NCBI RefSeq assembly: GCF_009914755.1
Contig: NC_060937.1
Source: the human T2T-CHM13v2.0 reference genome, Homo sapiens
DNA: 64,000 nt
Direction: 5' to 3' (one strand)
Positions 28,621 to 47,480 of the stretch are shown here, one piece after another; the first letter of the stretch is position 1, and the number at the start of each line of letters is the position of its first letter. The translations under genes and the position numbers were made by a program. The notes beneath the pieces were generated by a model, which saw only the letters and a list, made by a program, of their open reading frames with translations, was not told the origin of the DNA and searched no databases.

Positions 28621-29861
28621 AAGTCAGTGCCATGGTTACTTTAAAGCTGTGTTGAAACCTGCCTACCCTCCTCATTCCTCCCAATCCTATGCCAACCTCA
28701 CCCTGTGCAATCTAAGGGTGTGTGTGAGCATGAGACGCTAGGGCAAGGGAATCACCCATGATCATTTCAGGAGTTTCATCCAAGGACTGAAATTAATCTG
28801 ACATGTGGTTATTAAATGGTTTTGAGAAAAAGCTCAGTTCTGTATCTTTCACTTTGTGAGTCCTAATTAATATTTCTGTGAATATGTGTATTGACGTATA
28901 ATATAAATATTGCATAGCATACAAATATTAAATCTTCTGTTCAACTAATTTATAAAAGTCATGACACTCTAAAAACCATCATGCAGATGAAGAAATAGAG
29001 CATTAGCAGGATCATAGATGTCTCCCATGCCCTGTGTCAAACGTGACATACCTCCCCAAAAGACAGTACAATTCCAACTACTCTCGCCCTCCGCTTTGCA
29101 TGGTTGAACTTTATATGGGTGAAATCTTGCAGACTATCTTTCTCTGTACCTGGCTGCTTCCTTTCAATATTAGGGAAGGTAGATTCACCCATGTTTTTGT
29201 GTGTAGCAATACAATAAGTACAATAGGTTATTGTATTTTGTATGGCTGTATAAAATTTCCTTTTGTGGATATATGGCAGTTTAATTAACTATTGACAGAG
29301 ATTTTGTCTTTTGAAGCAAGAATATTACTGCTATGAACATCCTCACAATTTTTTTTTGATAACATATGTATTTCTTTTGTTGGAAAGAGTGGAATTGGTA
29401 CATCAAAGTGTATACATACAATCAGTTTTGATAAATATCGACAATTTTCTGAGTGGTTGTACTAAGGTATATCTACAACTTAATACAGAAATTCTAGTTG
29501 CTTCTCTTCCTTGGTCATATTTCATTTGTTTACTTATCATTCTACTGGGTATATATAGTGGAATCTTATTGCTCTAATTTGTGTTTCTCTGACAGACAAT
29601 GAGATTAACCACATTTTCACATAATTACTGTACAGTTATATCCTGTTTCGTGATGCGTGTATTTCAGGATTTTATCCTGCTTAAAAATTAAAAACTTTAA
29701 AATTGGTTCATCTACCTTTTTTATTGACTTGAAAGATCTTTAAGCATTCTGGATTCTCAATGCATATTGAAAACATCTTGCAAGAAGTAGGGGTCAAGAT
29801 TCATTTTTAAAAAATGTATATTAACCTGAAACCGTACTGTTTATTAAAAAGACCATCTTTC

Positions 29862-30170
<309 letters not shown>

Positions 30171-30663
30171 TTATGTTGGCACTTTTGCATAAAACTAGTA
30201 ACTATACATAAATGGATATAGAATTTCCATTCAGTTTGATTGGTCTGTTAAAATACATTTTTATGCCTCGTACTCTTAAGTCATCCACCTTTGGTCTTCA
30301 AATTTGCCCTAGCAATTAATTACTGCCCTTTTCCTTTAAGGTTTAGAATCAGCTTGTCAATTTTGGGGCGCTGAGGGGACTCCCCCTAGGATTTTGAATT
30401 TGATTGCATTATATTTACAGTTCAATTTAGAAACAGACAAAAAATGTTAGTAGTACTGAGTCTTTTAACTATATTCATTTATTAAGGTCTTTAAAATGTG
30501 AAATTCCTCTCAGTGTATCATCCCGTGTGCTCTTCTGGAGGATATATTGCATAGTGTTCATTAAATGTTTTTAAATGCTGTTATAAATAATCATTTAAAA
30601 ATGTTATTTTCCACTGGTGTGTTCTCCATGTATGTATAAAAACAGTTTAAAAAATCTTACCTT

Positions 30664-30999
<336 letters not shown>

Positions 31000-32533
31000 C
31001 TAGCAAGTTTGTAAAATTTATTAGCTATAAAATTATCTAGTGTGTTTTAAAAATACTCTGTGTACACAATCTTATTGCCTGAAACAATAATAATTTTCTT
31101 TCTTTCTTTAAAATCCTATTATTAATCTGTTCTTATGTTATTGGATTGGATCACCAGAATAATGTCAGATACTATTAATAATTTCATTTAAAAATATATA
31201 TATATTTCTTATCTCAGGAGAAATCTTTAGTAATTAAACCTTAAGAATAAAAATCATTATAAATTTTACATAGATACCAGTTATCAGATTAAGGAAATTT
31301 CATTTTATTGCTGTTTTAAGAAGTCTTTTTCATAGAAAACGTATTGAATTTTATCAAATGTAAGTATTTTTTCTGTACCAATTGTTGATATGAATATTTT
31401 TCTCCTTTATTTTGTTTGTGAATTATAATTCCTGATTTTGAAATATTAAACCTACCTTACATTTTGATGTTTTATCCTTTTCTTTATATTACTGACGTCT
31501 ATTAAATAATATTTTGCTGAGGGCATCTATGTTCATGAAAAAGATAAGCCTCCAATTTTTCTTTTTTTTATTAAAAAAATCTTCTATGTCAAAATTATGC
31601 TAGTTTCATAAAGAGAATTGGAAGGTGTACTCTGTTTTCTAGTCTCTGAAAGAGTTTGTAAATTTGGTGGTGTTTCTCTCTTAAATGTTTGGAAGAATTC
31701 ACAACTGAAACCATTAAGGCCTGGTATTTTCTTTGCAAGAAGGTTTTAGTTCTGGATTTAATTTCTTTGACATACATAGGACAGTTCATATTCTTTCTGT
31801 GCTAGTTTTTAATGATTGCATTTTAAAAAAATTATGTTAGTTATATTTAATCTTCAAAAGTTTTTGGCATAGAATTATTCATAGTTCTATTTATCTTTTT
31901 AAAATTTGTAGAATTTTGAGTGGCTTCTTTTTATTCCATATGTTGGTAATTTGTGACTTTTCTGAGTTTTTAAAATTTCCTTCTTTCTAATTTATTTGGG
32001 TATAATTTGATTATTGTTTATGTTGTATAGATATATCCTTGATTTCCTGCCTTTCCTAAAATAAGTATTTGGGGCTTTTAAATTTTACTTTAAATGTAGC
32101 TTTACTGAATTCTACATGTTTGCTATTTTATAAATTCATTATCAATTAGTTTAAGGTATTATCTGTTTCTATTTGTGATTTCTTTCTATAAAAAATATAT
32201 ATGTATATATGTAGAAAGTCTGTAGAAATATAAACCGAATTAATCTTCGTTTTCTACTTTTGTTTCTCTTTGACCACAGTCTGGATAATTGCTTGGCCAT
32301 ATTTTAAATTCTCTTTTCTGCTGTTTTGAATCTGCTGATAAAATCATTCCTTAAAATGCAGATGTCTGTTATATGATTTTTTTCAATGCTAACATTTTTA
32401 TTTTAAACTCTTAGGGTTTCCAGTTTTCTGGTGAAATTCTTCGTCTTCATCATGCCACTTATTTTCTTGAACATGTCATTTTTAATCCTGTGTCTTATGA
32501 CTCTAATATTGAGGTCTGTTTCTACTATGTGAC

Positions 32534-32535
<2 letters not shown>

Positions 32536-32577
<42 letters not shown>

Positions 32578-32591
32578 TGTGTGTCTGTGTG
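32536..32591. repeat. (TG)n microsatellite
   Basis: Near-perfect TG run. Confidence 0.95.
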
Positions 32592-34805
32592 TTGGTTTTA
32601 CATATATGGATATATTTACTGACATCCACGGAGATTTTTGATGGAGTATTGAACTTTCCATATAAAAAAACCATAGGGCCCAGGAAGACATTATCTTCCT
32701 TCCAAGAAGATTTGACTTTTCCTCCTAGCAGGCACATAAGTTGTAGACAAACCGCCTTGACCTTGTGAAGTCTCGTTTAATTTTTTTATTTGCTCCCTTC
32801 AAAAAGTTGAGCCCCCTTACGGGTCTCAGGTGGAAAGTTGGGCTGATATTCATTTGGCTTTCCTCTGTTTCTGAACCCTGAACTTGGATTTTTGTCTCCC
32901 CAGTACTGTGTGAGGCTGCTCAAATCTCTGCTGAGTGTGAGACACTTAGGGTGACTTTCTGTGATGCTGCTGAGAGACACTCAGCACAGCGGCACTGTGT
33001 GCTGGGAGGAGGGGATGGAAAAGATCCCGTGTGGCCCGGTGCATCCTGATTTTCTTCAAGATCTTAGCTCCCTAAGACATTGCTGCTTTGGTGATTTTAC
33101 TATCCCTGCCATTAGATGCTTGATTTGTATTTTATCCAGTCTTTGTAATTGTTCATGGTTAGGAGAATTTGACTGATACTAGCTGCTTCATTACAGCTAT
33201 AGGGTAAAGGAGACTACATCTGTTTTTATTGCATTGGTGTCAGAAGATTATTTGCCCTCAGATACCTAGATTAGTTTGGCATTTCATGCCTCTAATTTTT
33301 TAATTCTGTATGCACCAAGGGGTGGGAGGGGAAAGAGAGAGAGAAACGCACCCTATTTAAAGTTACTATTGATAATATTATTTCTGGCTTATGTTTATGG
33401 TAACAGTTGATTGTAGAGTTAACAAGAATTAACAGTGAGACAAAAGTCAGCTTTGAATAATTGAATGAAACGTTAAAAAATGACTCTTATTTGGATGCTT
33501 CTATGGATCTAGAGGTAAAGTTTTGAGTATTAGCCAAACTTTAACATAATATTTTTTATAGTATGACACAGTTTGTCATACTATATTGTATCTTGTGATG
33601 GGAAAAAAACTGTTAACTTGTGGTATGTTTGTTTTTAAAGTACTGACACTATAGTAGTATTAGGGCTTCAGATAATACGTTGTATTTGCAGTTTTTTCAG
33701 AAATACACATTCATAGAGAAAAGGAGAAACACATTAAGAGACATATTTGTTTATTAATGTAAGAATAAGATACAATACATTGAGATCATTACCAGAATAG
33801 TTTATTAAAACTGAAAATGGCTAATGCAACTTATAATTTATGTAATTATATAAATAAAATCTATATATGTTTCAATATATATGAATTAAGTATTTAATAT
33901 ATAAGTATTATGATTTTATAAAATGAATTTGCATATGTATATATACACACACACACCACCTTTTATATTCATCATTTCTAAATGTCATAAAATAAAAATG
34001 GAAAATAAATACAAAAAATATATCAGGTAAAAGATGCACTGATATAAAGCTTACAATAAAATTACCTGCTTTTTATAGGTCATGAGAAAAGGTGAAAGTG
34101 TCTAGTCCTTCTGGACTTGACATCCATTATGTAGAATCAAATAGTTTGTGCTCTCCTTGCCTACAGGTAACAACCCATAAAATTGTAGATATTAGGTTGC
34201 TGCAAGGACATACATTTTACATTGAATTAGTGGTTATTCCCTGTAGCAATATTAGTGCCTAGTAAATAATATCAAGTAGTCACCTATCAGATATTCATTA
34301 AAACGATCTTGTTGTCCTCAGGCCACACAACAAAAATTTATTTCTTTTTGTTTCTAGTTATTATCATTGTATTATGTCTGTTGTTTTAAATGACAAATTT
34401 TGTTCAAATATTTGGGTTTCTTCCCATGTCAATTACTTTACAAGAAAAAAATAAAACATTAAATATGATTATATCTGTAAAGATTATAAAGACAAGGAGA
34501 ATGACTTCTCCATTTCATATTTAAAAAGAAATTCACATATAACATCTGCATTTTAGTTTTATTTCATTATCATTAACTCTGTTATATTAAGCCTTTGCAT
34601 AACATTCATTTTTATTTCTAGCAAGTTATTAATCATGGACGGAGAACACTCTTGAGGCAAACTTCATTTCGAGACTGATGTCTACACAAGGCGGCAGGCA
34701 GCCCTCCCAGTTAGATTGCTTGCTGCCACAGCAGTGCTGATCTGACACTAACAACCACCACTGCCGAGATGCGGGTCACAGCGGGCGAGTCAGCAGGCCG
34801 TTCCA

Positions 34806-34925
34806 CCAACCGGGACAGGGTCCAGGCCAACCACCAGGACAGGGTCCAGGCCAACCAACCAGGACAGGGTCCATGCCAACCAACCAGGACAGGGTCCATG
34901 CCAACCAACCAGGACAGGGTCCATG
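34806..34925. repeat. 25-bp minisatellite, about 5 copies
   Basis: ccaaccaaccaggacagggtcca(t/g)g; the last three copies are identical. Confidence 0.95.
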
Positions 34926-35784
34926 ATTGTGCTGCCTATTTATGTTGGAGACACGTAATATCATTCATTTTAAACATGTTACATGTAGGGGAGAAAGAGA
35001 AAATAGAAAGCCAGATGTTCCTGCATGGGCTTTACAAAAAAGCAACCTTAAAATCAGAAACAAAAATGCATCATCAAGCCAACAAACATCTGTTGACTCT
35101 ATAAGGAAATACATTGCCTTAGGTACTTACAGTGTCCTCATCCTTGAGCACTGTGTAGACATGCTAGAGACAAAACACAAATAACAATGAAAAAATCACA
35201 TACTTCACTTCTAGCTGAGAACAACAATTAAATAGCTGTATTGAGGGTGTGTAACCCTAATTGGCAAGTCAAGAGGTTAGAAGGGAGTAAATCCTATCAG
35301 GTTTTTTTTTAAAAAGCATCACAATAAAAAAAGAAATGTGATCGGGGCAAATCTTAAAAAATTAGTAAGATTCTGATGAGCAGAAGAATGGACTAGAGCC
35401 ACATTATGGGGTTTAAAAAATATATAGGACTATTTAGAGAAATACGCCATGCAATTTGATATGAGCAAGAAGTTAAAAAAATTATAATATTTGAAATTCT
35501 AGGAAATGAAAACAGCTGCCATTGTTTAGTGCTTATTACATGGCAGAACTGCCTCAAATGGCTTTACATTTATTGTCACATCTCAAAAGGCAAGCAAATC
35601 AGTATAAGAATTGTTATTTCTATTCTGCAGTTGAATAAGCTGAGACTTGAGGTTAAACAGATTTTCTAAAGTCTTCCCATGAGTGGCAGAGCTAGCATTA
35701 AAGTCCAGGTCATGCAGCTCCAGAGCGAATGCTTGGCAGGCTTCTCTCAGCAGCACAAGTGCTGCGCCCAGAGGCAGACAGTTT

Positions 35785-35795
35785 CATCATCATCA

Positions 35796-35838
<43 letters not shown>
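35785..35838. repeat. (CAT)n(TAT)n trinucleotide microsatellite
   Basis: catcatcatcatcattattattatta... Confidence 0.9.
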
Positions 35839-35840
<2 letters not shown>

Positions 35841-36797
35841 GTGATCTTTTGTAAACACAAACACATACTTTCTCAAAACATGTCACCTATACATAGGTAT
35901 ACAGTTCACAAATAGGACACCTACCCAGGCCTACAGAGTGAGATGTTCATAGCATAGTGCGAAACCAGCAGCCCAGGGCACTTGGAGCCTCTGGCATCTG
36001 GGAGGTTCCACAAAGTTTCTAGGCTCGCCAGAGATGGAGGCCAGTGGCTCAGTGGCTGTCTCATAAGCTGTGGAAGCATTGGTGGCTTTAGAAATTAACA
36101 TGGCAGGATTCTGCAATCTGCTAGTGGTTTATGGAGAAATATAATGACCAGTGAAGAAAAGGAGGGACTTTATCCATTAAGAAGGAAGGAACCTGTTATC
36201 TGGAACTAGAGTCCATCTAAGATTAGCAAGACTGAGTGCTTGTCATCTCACCTATGAGCTAAAATGGAGTGTTTAAAATATCCCCTGACCAAGAATCCTC
36301 TTGTTTCAATTGATACAAATAAGGAAAGAAGACAGTGAAGTGAAGAGAAAAGACAGGTGGGGAAGGAAGTGTCTGGCCCTGATGATATTCGCTGGACCCA
36401 ATGAGAAAGTGCAATTTTAACTATGAGAAGGGTAACCAATAAAAAAGTTAGATGGCTTGTCAGTCACTCAGAAAACAGGGACTGCATAAGTGGAAATCCT
36501 CAAAGTTTTATAGAATTACACTGTCATTATTATTTCCATAATTATATTATGTATAAAGCATAGAATTGGCATCAGGTAATGTGTTGCCAGGTGGTAGTAA
36601 TGGACTATTCCACAACATGAACTGTAACACTGCATGGGAAAGAGACTTACAAGAAAGGGGAGCTGAGAGAGGTTATGAGTTTATCAGGAAATAACTTTCT
36701 TTAGACACTCAAGGCTCATCACCCACATCTACTCTCTAGTAAAATTTGGCATAAAGAGAATATCTAAGCCCAAATAGATTTAAATAAATAAAATTTA

Positions 36798-36981
36798 AAA
36801 ACCCTAGCCAGCTGTGGCCTAGGGTTTTTAAATTGAAAACCCTAGCCACCTGTAGTCCTAGCTACTTGGGAGGTTAAGGCAGGAGGATCGCTTGACCCCA
36901 GGGGGTGGAGTCTGCAGTGATCTGTACTTGGGCCACTGCACTCCAGCCTGGGCAGCTGAGCGAGACCCTGTCTCAAAAAAA
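36798..36981 (+). mobile_element. Alu right arm with a rearranged 5' junction
   Basis: cacctgtagtcctagctacttgggagg...cactgcactccagcctgggc...gagaccctgtctcaaaaaa. Confidence 0.85.
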
Positions 36982-37769
36982 TGAAAACGAAAAAATGTTA
37001 GAGAAATGAATCCCATGTACACACAGATGGATGCATAATCCAGGCTGTCTCTTGTGTCTGTTGAACATCTAATGAAATTCTCATTTACAAAATAGAGAGT
37101 TGAAAAACATTTTGTCACATGAGAGTCTAAGTCTATGTTGGACTTGGGGAGGAGTGAAACAGTGTTAGTACAAGTTTTCAAACAAGAACAGAAATTAGAT
37201 CTGCTGGACAAGCTGGACTAAAACTCCTCAGTTTTATGAATTATAATGTGTATATCACTATCATTTAATTATTCTTAATATTCATTGCAACTTCTGGAAT
37301 AATTAAAAATGAAAAAAGTTCAAGCAGAATGCAACAGACAGTTGTGTGCCCACCACCCATATTGGTTTCATATCTCTTTTAAAAACATTTAAAATTAAAA
37401 GTGCTGTATTTTTTTTTCACATGTACTTTTGTGATTGGGATGCATCTTTAAGGGTATGGTAAGAAAACACTGTGTCCTAATTTAACTGTAACATTTATTT
37501 TCTGAGTGGTACAAAAAATAACAGTATGTTTTAATTATATGATGTCTTAGATAGATGACATATTGTTCTATAAACATAGGGTAAGTACCACTTCAACTTC
37601 AACCTACTTATTTTCGTAAGCAGTGATAATGGTTATCTTGAAGTTATCCTTCCATCCAGTGTTTTATATGTTTACTATATACATGAACACATATATACAT
37701 TCAAAAAGTGGGTATACCACTATTTTTTATATTTTAATTAACTCATAACATAGTAACTATATTCTCTCT

Positions 37770-38065
<296 letters not shown>

Positions 38066-38429
38066 ATTAACTGTATTCTTTTACAAAAAAGCTGTTGATC
38101 AGCCCTCACGCTTTCAAAAATTTTCCATCTTGAAAATTTGAGACCTAATTTATTCTAAAGTCCCTCTAGAATTTTCTTGTAACGACACACAACCGGTTAT
38201 ATTTGTCTATTAATCTTTATTATAGACTTTTAACTTATTTCTGTATTTTCTGCTCTTACAAAGAGTCCTAAGAATTGTTTTATAAATGCTCTTTTTGCTC
38301 ATGTTTGAGAGTTTCAACAGAGATATTCCCAGTTGAACATGAATCTTCAAATTTAGAAGATATTGCCAGATGATTCTTCCAATTAGTTAAAACTACAAGA
38401 CTCAGTAGTATAGACTTGTTTTCCCAGCC

Positions 38430-38645
38430 CAAGAGACAACTTCATTTGGAAATCAAGCTCTGCCACCAACTAGCCCTGTCCCCTTGGGCCTGTCACTGAC
38501 TTCTGTTGGCACCAATTCTCTTGCCTGTAAACATAGAAATACTTCTCTGACTCCAGTCATAGGTTCTGGAGGACTGCATGAGTGAGTGCCTGTGAGGTGC
38601 TGAGGACAGCACCATGCACAGAGTGCCTGTAAGCTATTATTGTCA
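38430..38645 (+). mobile_element. MIR
   Basis: ctctgccaccaactagccctgtccccttgggcc...ctgtaaa...gtgaggtgctgaggacagcacc...agctattattgtcattat. Confidence 0.65.
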
Positions 38646-39212
38646 TTATGACTAAACTATGATTAATTCTGCTAGGATTTTGTGTGTAATATAGCATCTT
38701 ATAGTTTGAAATAGCACGAGAGAGCTTTCCATCCTTTCTCATATTTATTTTCCATCTTTTTAGTTTATATTTTTGCCCGAATTTGTATTATAGTTCCATT
38801 TTTAAATTGATTTGTAGGAATATGTTTTAAATTGCTGCTGATCTATTGATTACATGCACAGCTTATACACTTCTCTGTCTTTGCTTATTTTCTATTATTA
38901 TATGGTTGACCAGTGCTTGTTAAATTTAATGTAGTAAGATCGCTCCATCATTCTCATTATAATTTATATTTTTGAATCCTATTTCCTTGTTTACATACAA
39001 ATCATGAGAGTACCATTCTATATGCTTGTCTAAATGCTTTAAACTTTGCTGCTCATATCTGGGATTTAAATTCACTTGTAAGTAATTTTTAAACATGCTA
39101 CAGAATAGAGATCAACACTTGTTTTCTTTACCTAAATAGATGATTAGTCCTCTCAGCAGCACCCTTTACCACTGATAGGTGGTGCAGCCTGGTTGGTCAT
39201 ACACTGTATCTT

Positions 39213-39993
39213 TGATAAGGACAGGAGGCAGGGAGACACTGGGTAGAAGAGAGCAGTTCCCCGGCAAAGGCCCCACCCTCAAGCCTGGTAACCCACAGCC
39301 CTAAATGGGAACAGATATTCCTGTTTTCGTGCCAAAAAGTTGCCTTTGGCCCACCATGACCCCATCCTGTACCCCCAAACACCAGACTCCACAAGCAGAT
39401 GAACAGAAGAGCAGAAGAGTGGCAGAGAAGGAGAGAAGAGAAGGAGCATCTGAATGTTGAGAGGAGTTCAGCTAGGGATGGTTGGAGAGGAGATAGGCCA
39501 CTGGATGGCCAAACTCCAGGGAAGATCATCTTCCCACTCTATCCCCTTTCCAGCTCCCCATCCATCCCACTGAGAGCCACCTCCACCACTCAATAAAACC
39601 CCTGCATTCACCATCCTTCAAGTCCGTGTGTGATCTGATTTTTCCTGGATGCCAGACAAGAGCTTAGGATACAGAAAGCTGTCACACTGGCCCTCTGCCC
39701 TTGCAAAAAAGGCAGAAGGTCCATTGAACTGTTTAACACTTAAGCTGTCCATGGACAGCAAAGCTAAAAGAGTACACTGTAACACATGCCCACTTGGGCT
39801 TCAGAAGTTGCAGGCACCCACCCCTAGACGCTACTATGGGGCCAAAGCCCAAAGGTGCTGGCCCAGGCTCCTGTACCTGCCCATCTGCATGCTCCCCCTC
39901 CCATAAGGGGTTTGAGCACACACAGTGGCCAAACAGATGAGCCACACCCCGTCACACATCCTGCGAGCAGGATTAGGGAACTCTCCCATTTCA
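39213..39993 (+). mobile_element. LTR1-family solo LTR (ERV1), 781 bp, 4-bp TSD
   Basis: TGATAAGGACAGGAGGCAGGG...ccccggcaaaggccccaccctcaagcc...ggaactctcccatttCA; TSD TCTT; AATAAA at 39592. Confidence 0.85.
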
Positions 39994-40465
39994 TCTTCAC
40001 CAACATGTAGGGTTGCACTGAATTATCTAGTCTGTTTCAAGTGATCTGTGATCCATTTATCTAGTCTTTGCACCAGCACCACACTGTGTGATGACTTCAG
40101 TTTTTTGTAGTTTTGGTTGAGGTGTAATGTTTGTAGGAAAGTGCTTATGTTGCTAAGCATGCAGGTGGGTGGTACTCAGCTCCAGAACATTATCAACACT
40201 CCAGAAGTCCCTTAAACATTAGCACTTCCCCTGCTACTGCCAATTTGACTTCTAACAGCAAGGATTGGTTACCTGTGTTTGTACTTGATGTAAGTGAAGA
40301 CATACAGTGTGTTCTTTTATGTATCTCACACTCAACATTGTGAGATTCATCCAGTTAACTCTCATTGTGGATCATGTATTCTACTTTAAAAATTATTTTT
40401 GCTATAATTTTAAATGTGTGTAAAATGTGTAGATAAATTGTACAGGCAACTTTTAACATCAACCG

Positions 40466-43202
<2,737 letters not shown>

Positions 43203-44159
43203 CATCAAGCATTTTAAAATACTTTTCTGGCATGTGGTCCCATCAACCTTAAATATGTTTACTGTGTATTTAAACAAAGGTATTCTCCTGTGTAACCTCC
43301 CTACAGTCATCAAAATGGGAAAATTATTACTGATGCACTGGTGTCACTGAATCAAGAGACCTCGTTCAGGATTTCCCATTGTCTCAGTAATGCCCATAGA
43401 GCTAGAGATTCAGGCCAGCGCTGCACGTTGCATTTTGAACCACCATGCCCTTGACTCTCCTTCAGTATGGACCAGTTCTGCAGTCTTCTTTTGACTTTTC
43501 TGACCTTGACATCTTTGAAGATACAGGCCAGTTATTTTGTACAATAAAAATAACTTTGATTTCTTCACAACTAAGAAGTCTTCCTACTCTTGAGTTTTTA
43601 TTCTAAAGTAATAAAATTTACTAGAAATTTAAAAGGACTAAAACTACTGGAAATGAATCATTATGGCAATAATTATAAATCACCGTTTCTCTAAAATTAA
43701 TTAATTTTTGTTTTTCTGAGAAATTTGTAAACTTATATGCATTTCAGCTGCAACTGCCTCTCACATTCAAGTTTAAAACCTTGGCTATCTTATGGTATTG
43801 AAATTAAATACTGCTGAGAGAAATTGTATTTGTTGTAAATTACCACAGTTTCAGCTTACTGCACAGATATCTATTAAAGAACATATTTTGTGAGTTGCTC
43901 TTCTTAAAGACAGCAGAATAATTAAAGCCTGTGGACCAAGTAATGAAGGATAAAGTATAAGCCTCCATTTTGTCATTATGCATGCTGAAAATGTGCTGAG
44001 AAGGGTGTAATTTTACAAATGTTTTTACATACCAATGAGATTCAGAATTAGGGATTCATTCACTTCTGTATCTTGGACAGAAGTCACTCTCATTATGGGA
44101 TGAGGAATACTGGCGCCTTTTCACTGAGGTTTTCCCCTTGCTGCTGCCCTGTTTTCCAG

Positions 44160-44287
44160 GTGTCCCAGCTGTATTTCAGCTCCTCAGGGAAGCTGTGTTC
44201 CTCGCTGCCTCCTCACCTCTTCTCCTGTGTGGAGAGAGCCTTTCACCAGCTCTTCCGGGAACAGCGGCCTCAGTGTTTCATCCTCAG
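44160..44287 (+). CDS. MYO16: MYO16 exon ([43 protein letters not shown])
   Basis: gttttccag| acceptor, AG|gtgagt donor, 128 nt, phase 0-2; myosin LPPH(L/I)F motif. Confidence 0.96.
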
Positions 44288-44738
44288 GTGAGTCCTCCTC
44301 AACCTTGTCTGCCAGGCTCAGGTTTGCCACGGGGCTTGGCAGTAAAGATGTACTCATTTCCTATGGTTTACCTTTATTTACTTTCTCAGCACCTTGAGGT
44401 CCAGTATATCTTTGCAATAAGTACATTTGACTCGTTACAAAGGAGAAACATCTTGGCTGTTAGGAGTAGCCCCAAGTGTAGCTGGATCAATATTAATAAA
44501 CTTAACCTGAAACTCATTTCCTTTTGAAGATTTAAAGCTTAGATAAAAAGTTTTTGCTTTTGAACCTAAGAAAACATGGAGAAAGAAAAACTACCAATAT
44601 TACGGAACCTAAGCCACTGTTCTTCAAAATCCAGGGCTGCCCCAAATATCATTTTATTTCTTTCCAAAGGTATGTTTTCTCAGCCTGTTTCTTGTTATTT
44701 ACCTTTGCTCACAATTCACTGTACTCTACTTCCTAAAC

Positions 44739-45027
44739 TTTTTTTTTTTTTTTTTGAGACAGGGTCTTGCTCTGTCACCCAGGCTGGAATTTAGTGGCAT
44801 GATCACCAGTCACTGCAGCCAAGGCTCAAGTGATCCTCCCACCTCAGCCTCCCAAGTAGCTGGGACTACAGGCACATGCCACCACACTTGGCTAATTTTT
44901 TAATTTTTGTAGAGATGAGATCTCACTATATTGCCCAGGCTGGTCTCAAACTCCTGGGCTCAAGCGATCCTCTTGTCACAGCCTCTCAAAGTGCTGGGAT
45001 TACAGACATGGGCCACTGCATTTGGCC
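44739..45027 (-). mobile_element. AluJ-like
   Basis: Poly-T plus a dimer with a small deletion. Confidence 0.9.
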
Positions 45028-45470
45028 CAGAATATTTTTTGAATTTGAAATGTAATGCTAGATTTAACTCACCAATTAATAGAAAATTAAAGAAACATTT
45101 AAATGTTAAAATCTGCATCAGAGACCTATATTTTATATTCAGCCAAACCTCTACAAGGGAGGGAAAGCTCTATAAATACTCACTCACGGTAGCGCCTTAG
45201 TTGTTGTCAGTAGTGCTGGTTGGAACTCAACGGATAAGTACAGTAGCACACAACTCGAGTCAAAGTGAAATGAAAATGGTATAAAGTTAGAACCTGGATA
45301 GAATTCAAAAGGCTTATTTAAATATTAAAATGAGAGCTTATATGTTTATATGCATTTCATCAAAAATTCTATGGAGGGTGGAGGGACAGACTGATGGGCG
45401 CACACTTTAGTTTTCTAGTTTTCAAAGCAGCATGCTAGCGGTTGTTTTCGTGCTGGGTTCAGATGCATCC

Positions 45471-46643
<1,173 letters not shown>

Positions 46644-47006
46644 TAGGGAAAACTTTTTAAAAGTTGCTTAGAAAAAACACTGTCAATTGGTGAGACAGGG
46701 AGAGTTTAACACTGTTGACAATAACAACTAATGTTTATTGAGAATTTACTGGCTGCCAGACCCTTGACTAGATTATTTCTATGTATTATTTATTTCTTTA
46801 GAATTTACATAACTTTTGAGTGCTCCCACTTAATTCTAGGACGATCATTGCAGCTGTTATAGGTCAGTTTTTGAAAGCGTGGGTCCTGAGCAAGGCTCTA
46901 AGGGGAGAAAAGCAGGAGCAGCAGGCCCATGCGCTTTGGGAGTCCGCCCGGGAGATGGCACACAGCGGCCAGCAAGTTTTCTTATGAAGAACCCCGTTTA
47001 TCTTAG

Positions 47007-47389
<383 letters not shown>

Positions 47390-47480
47390 CTCCTTTGGGT
47401 CATTTTTTAAAGTTAATGATTCCCTGTACCAACGCCTTATTTTGAAAAAATACCTCTTCATTCAAGTTTCAAGAAGGTGT

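Noticed and set aside
34711-35104. Overlapping repetitive ORFs
   Set aside because: They are by-products of the 25-bp minisatellite; the period is not a multiple of 3.
37403-37562. Possible MARNA/mariner-type relic, and a possible hAT relic at about 19310-19580
   Set aside because: The similarity is too weak to assign without a Dfam search.
38606-38625. RE1/REST-like motif CAGCACCATGCACAG
   Set aside because: The critical GGACAG half-site is GCACAG, and the motif lies in a degenerate MIR. A second candidate near 13850 lacks the left half-site.
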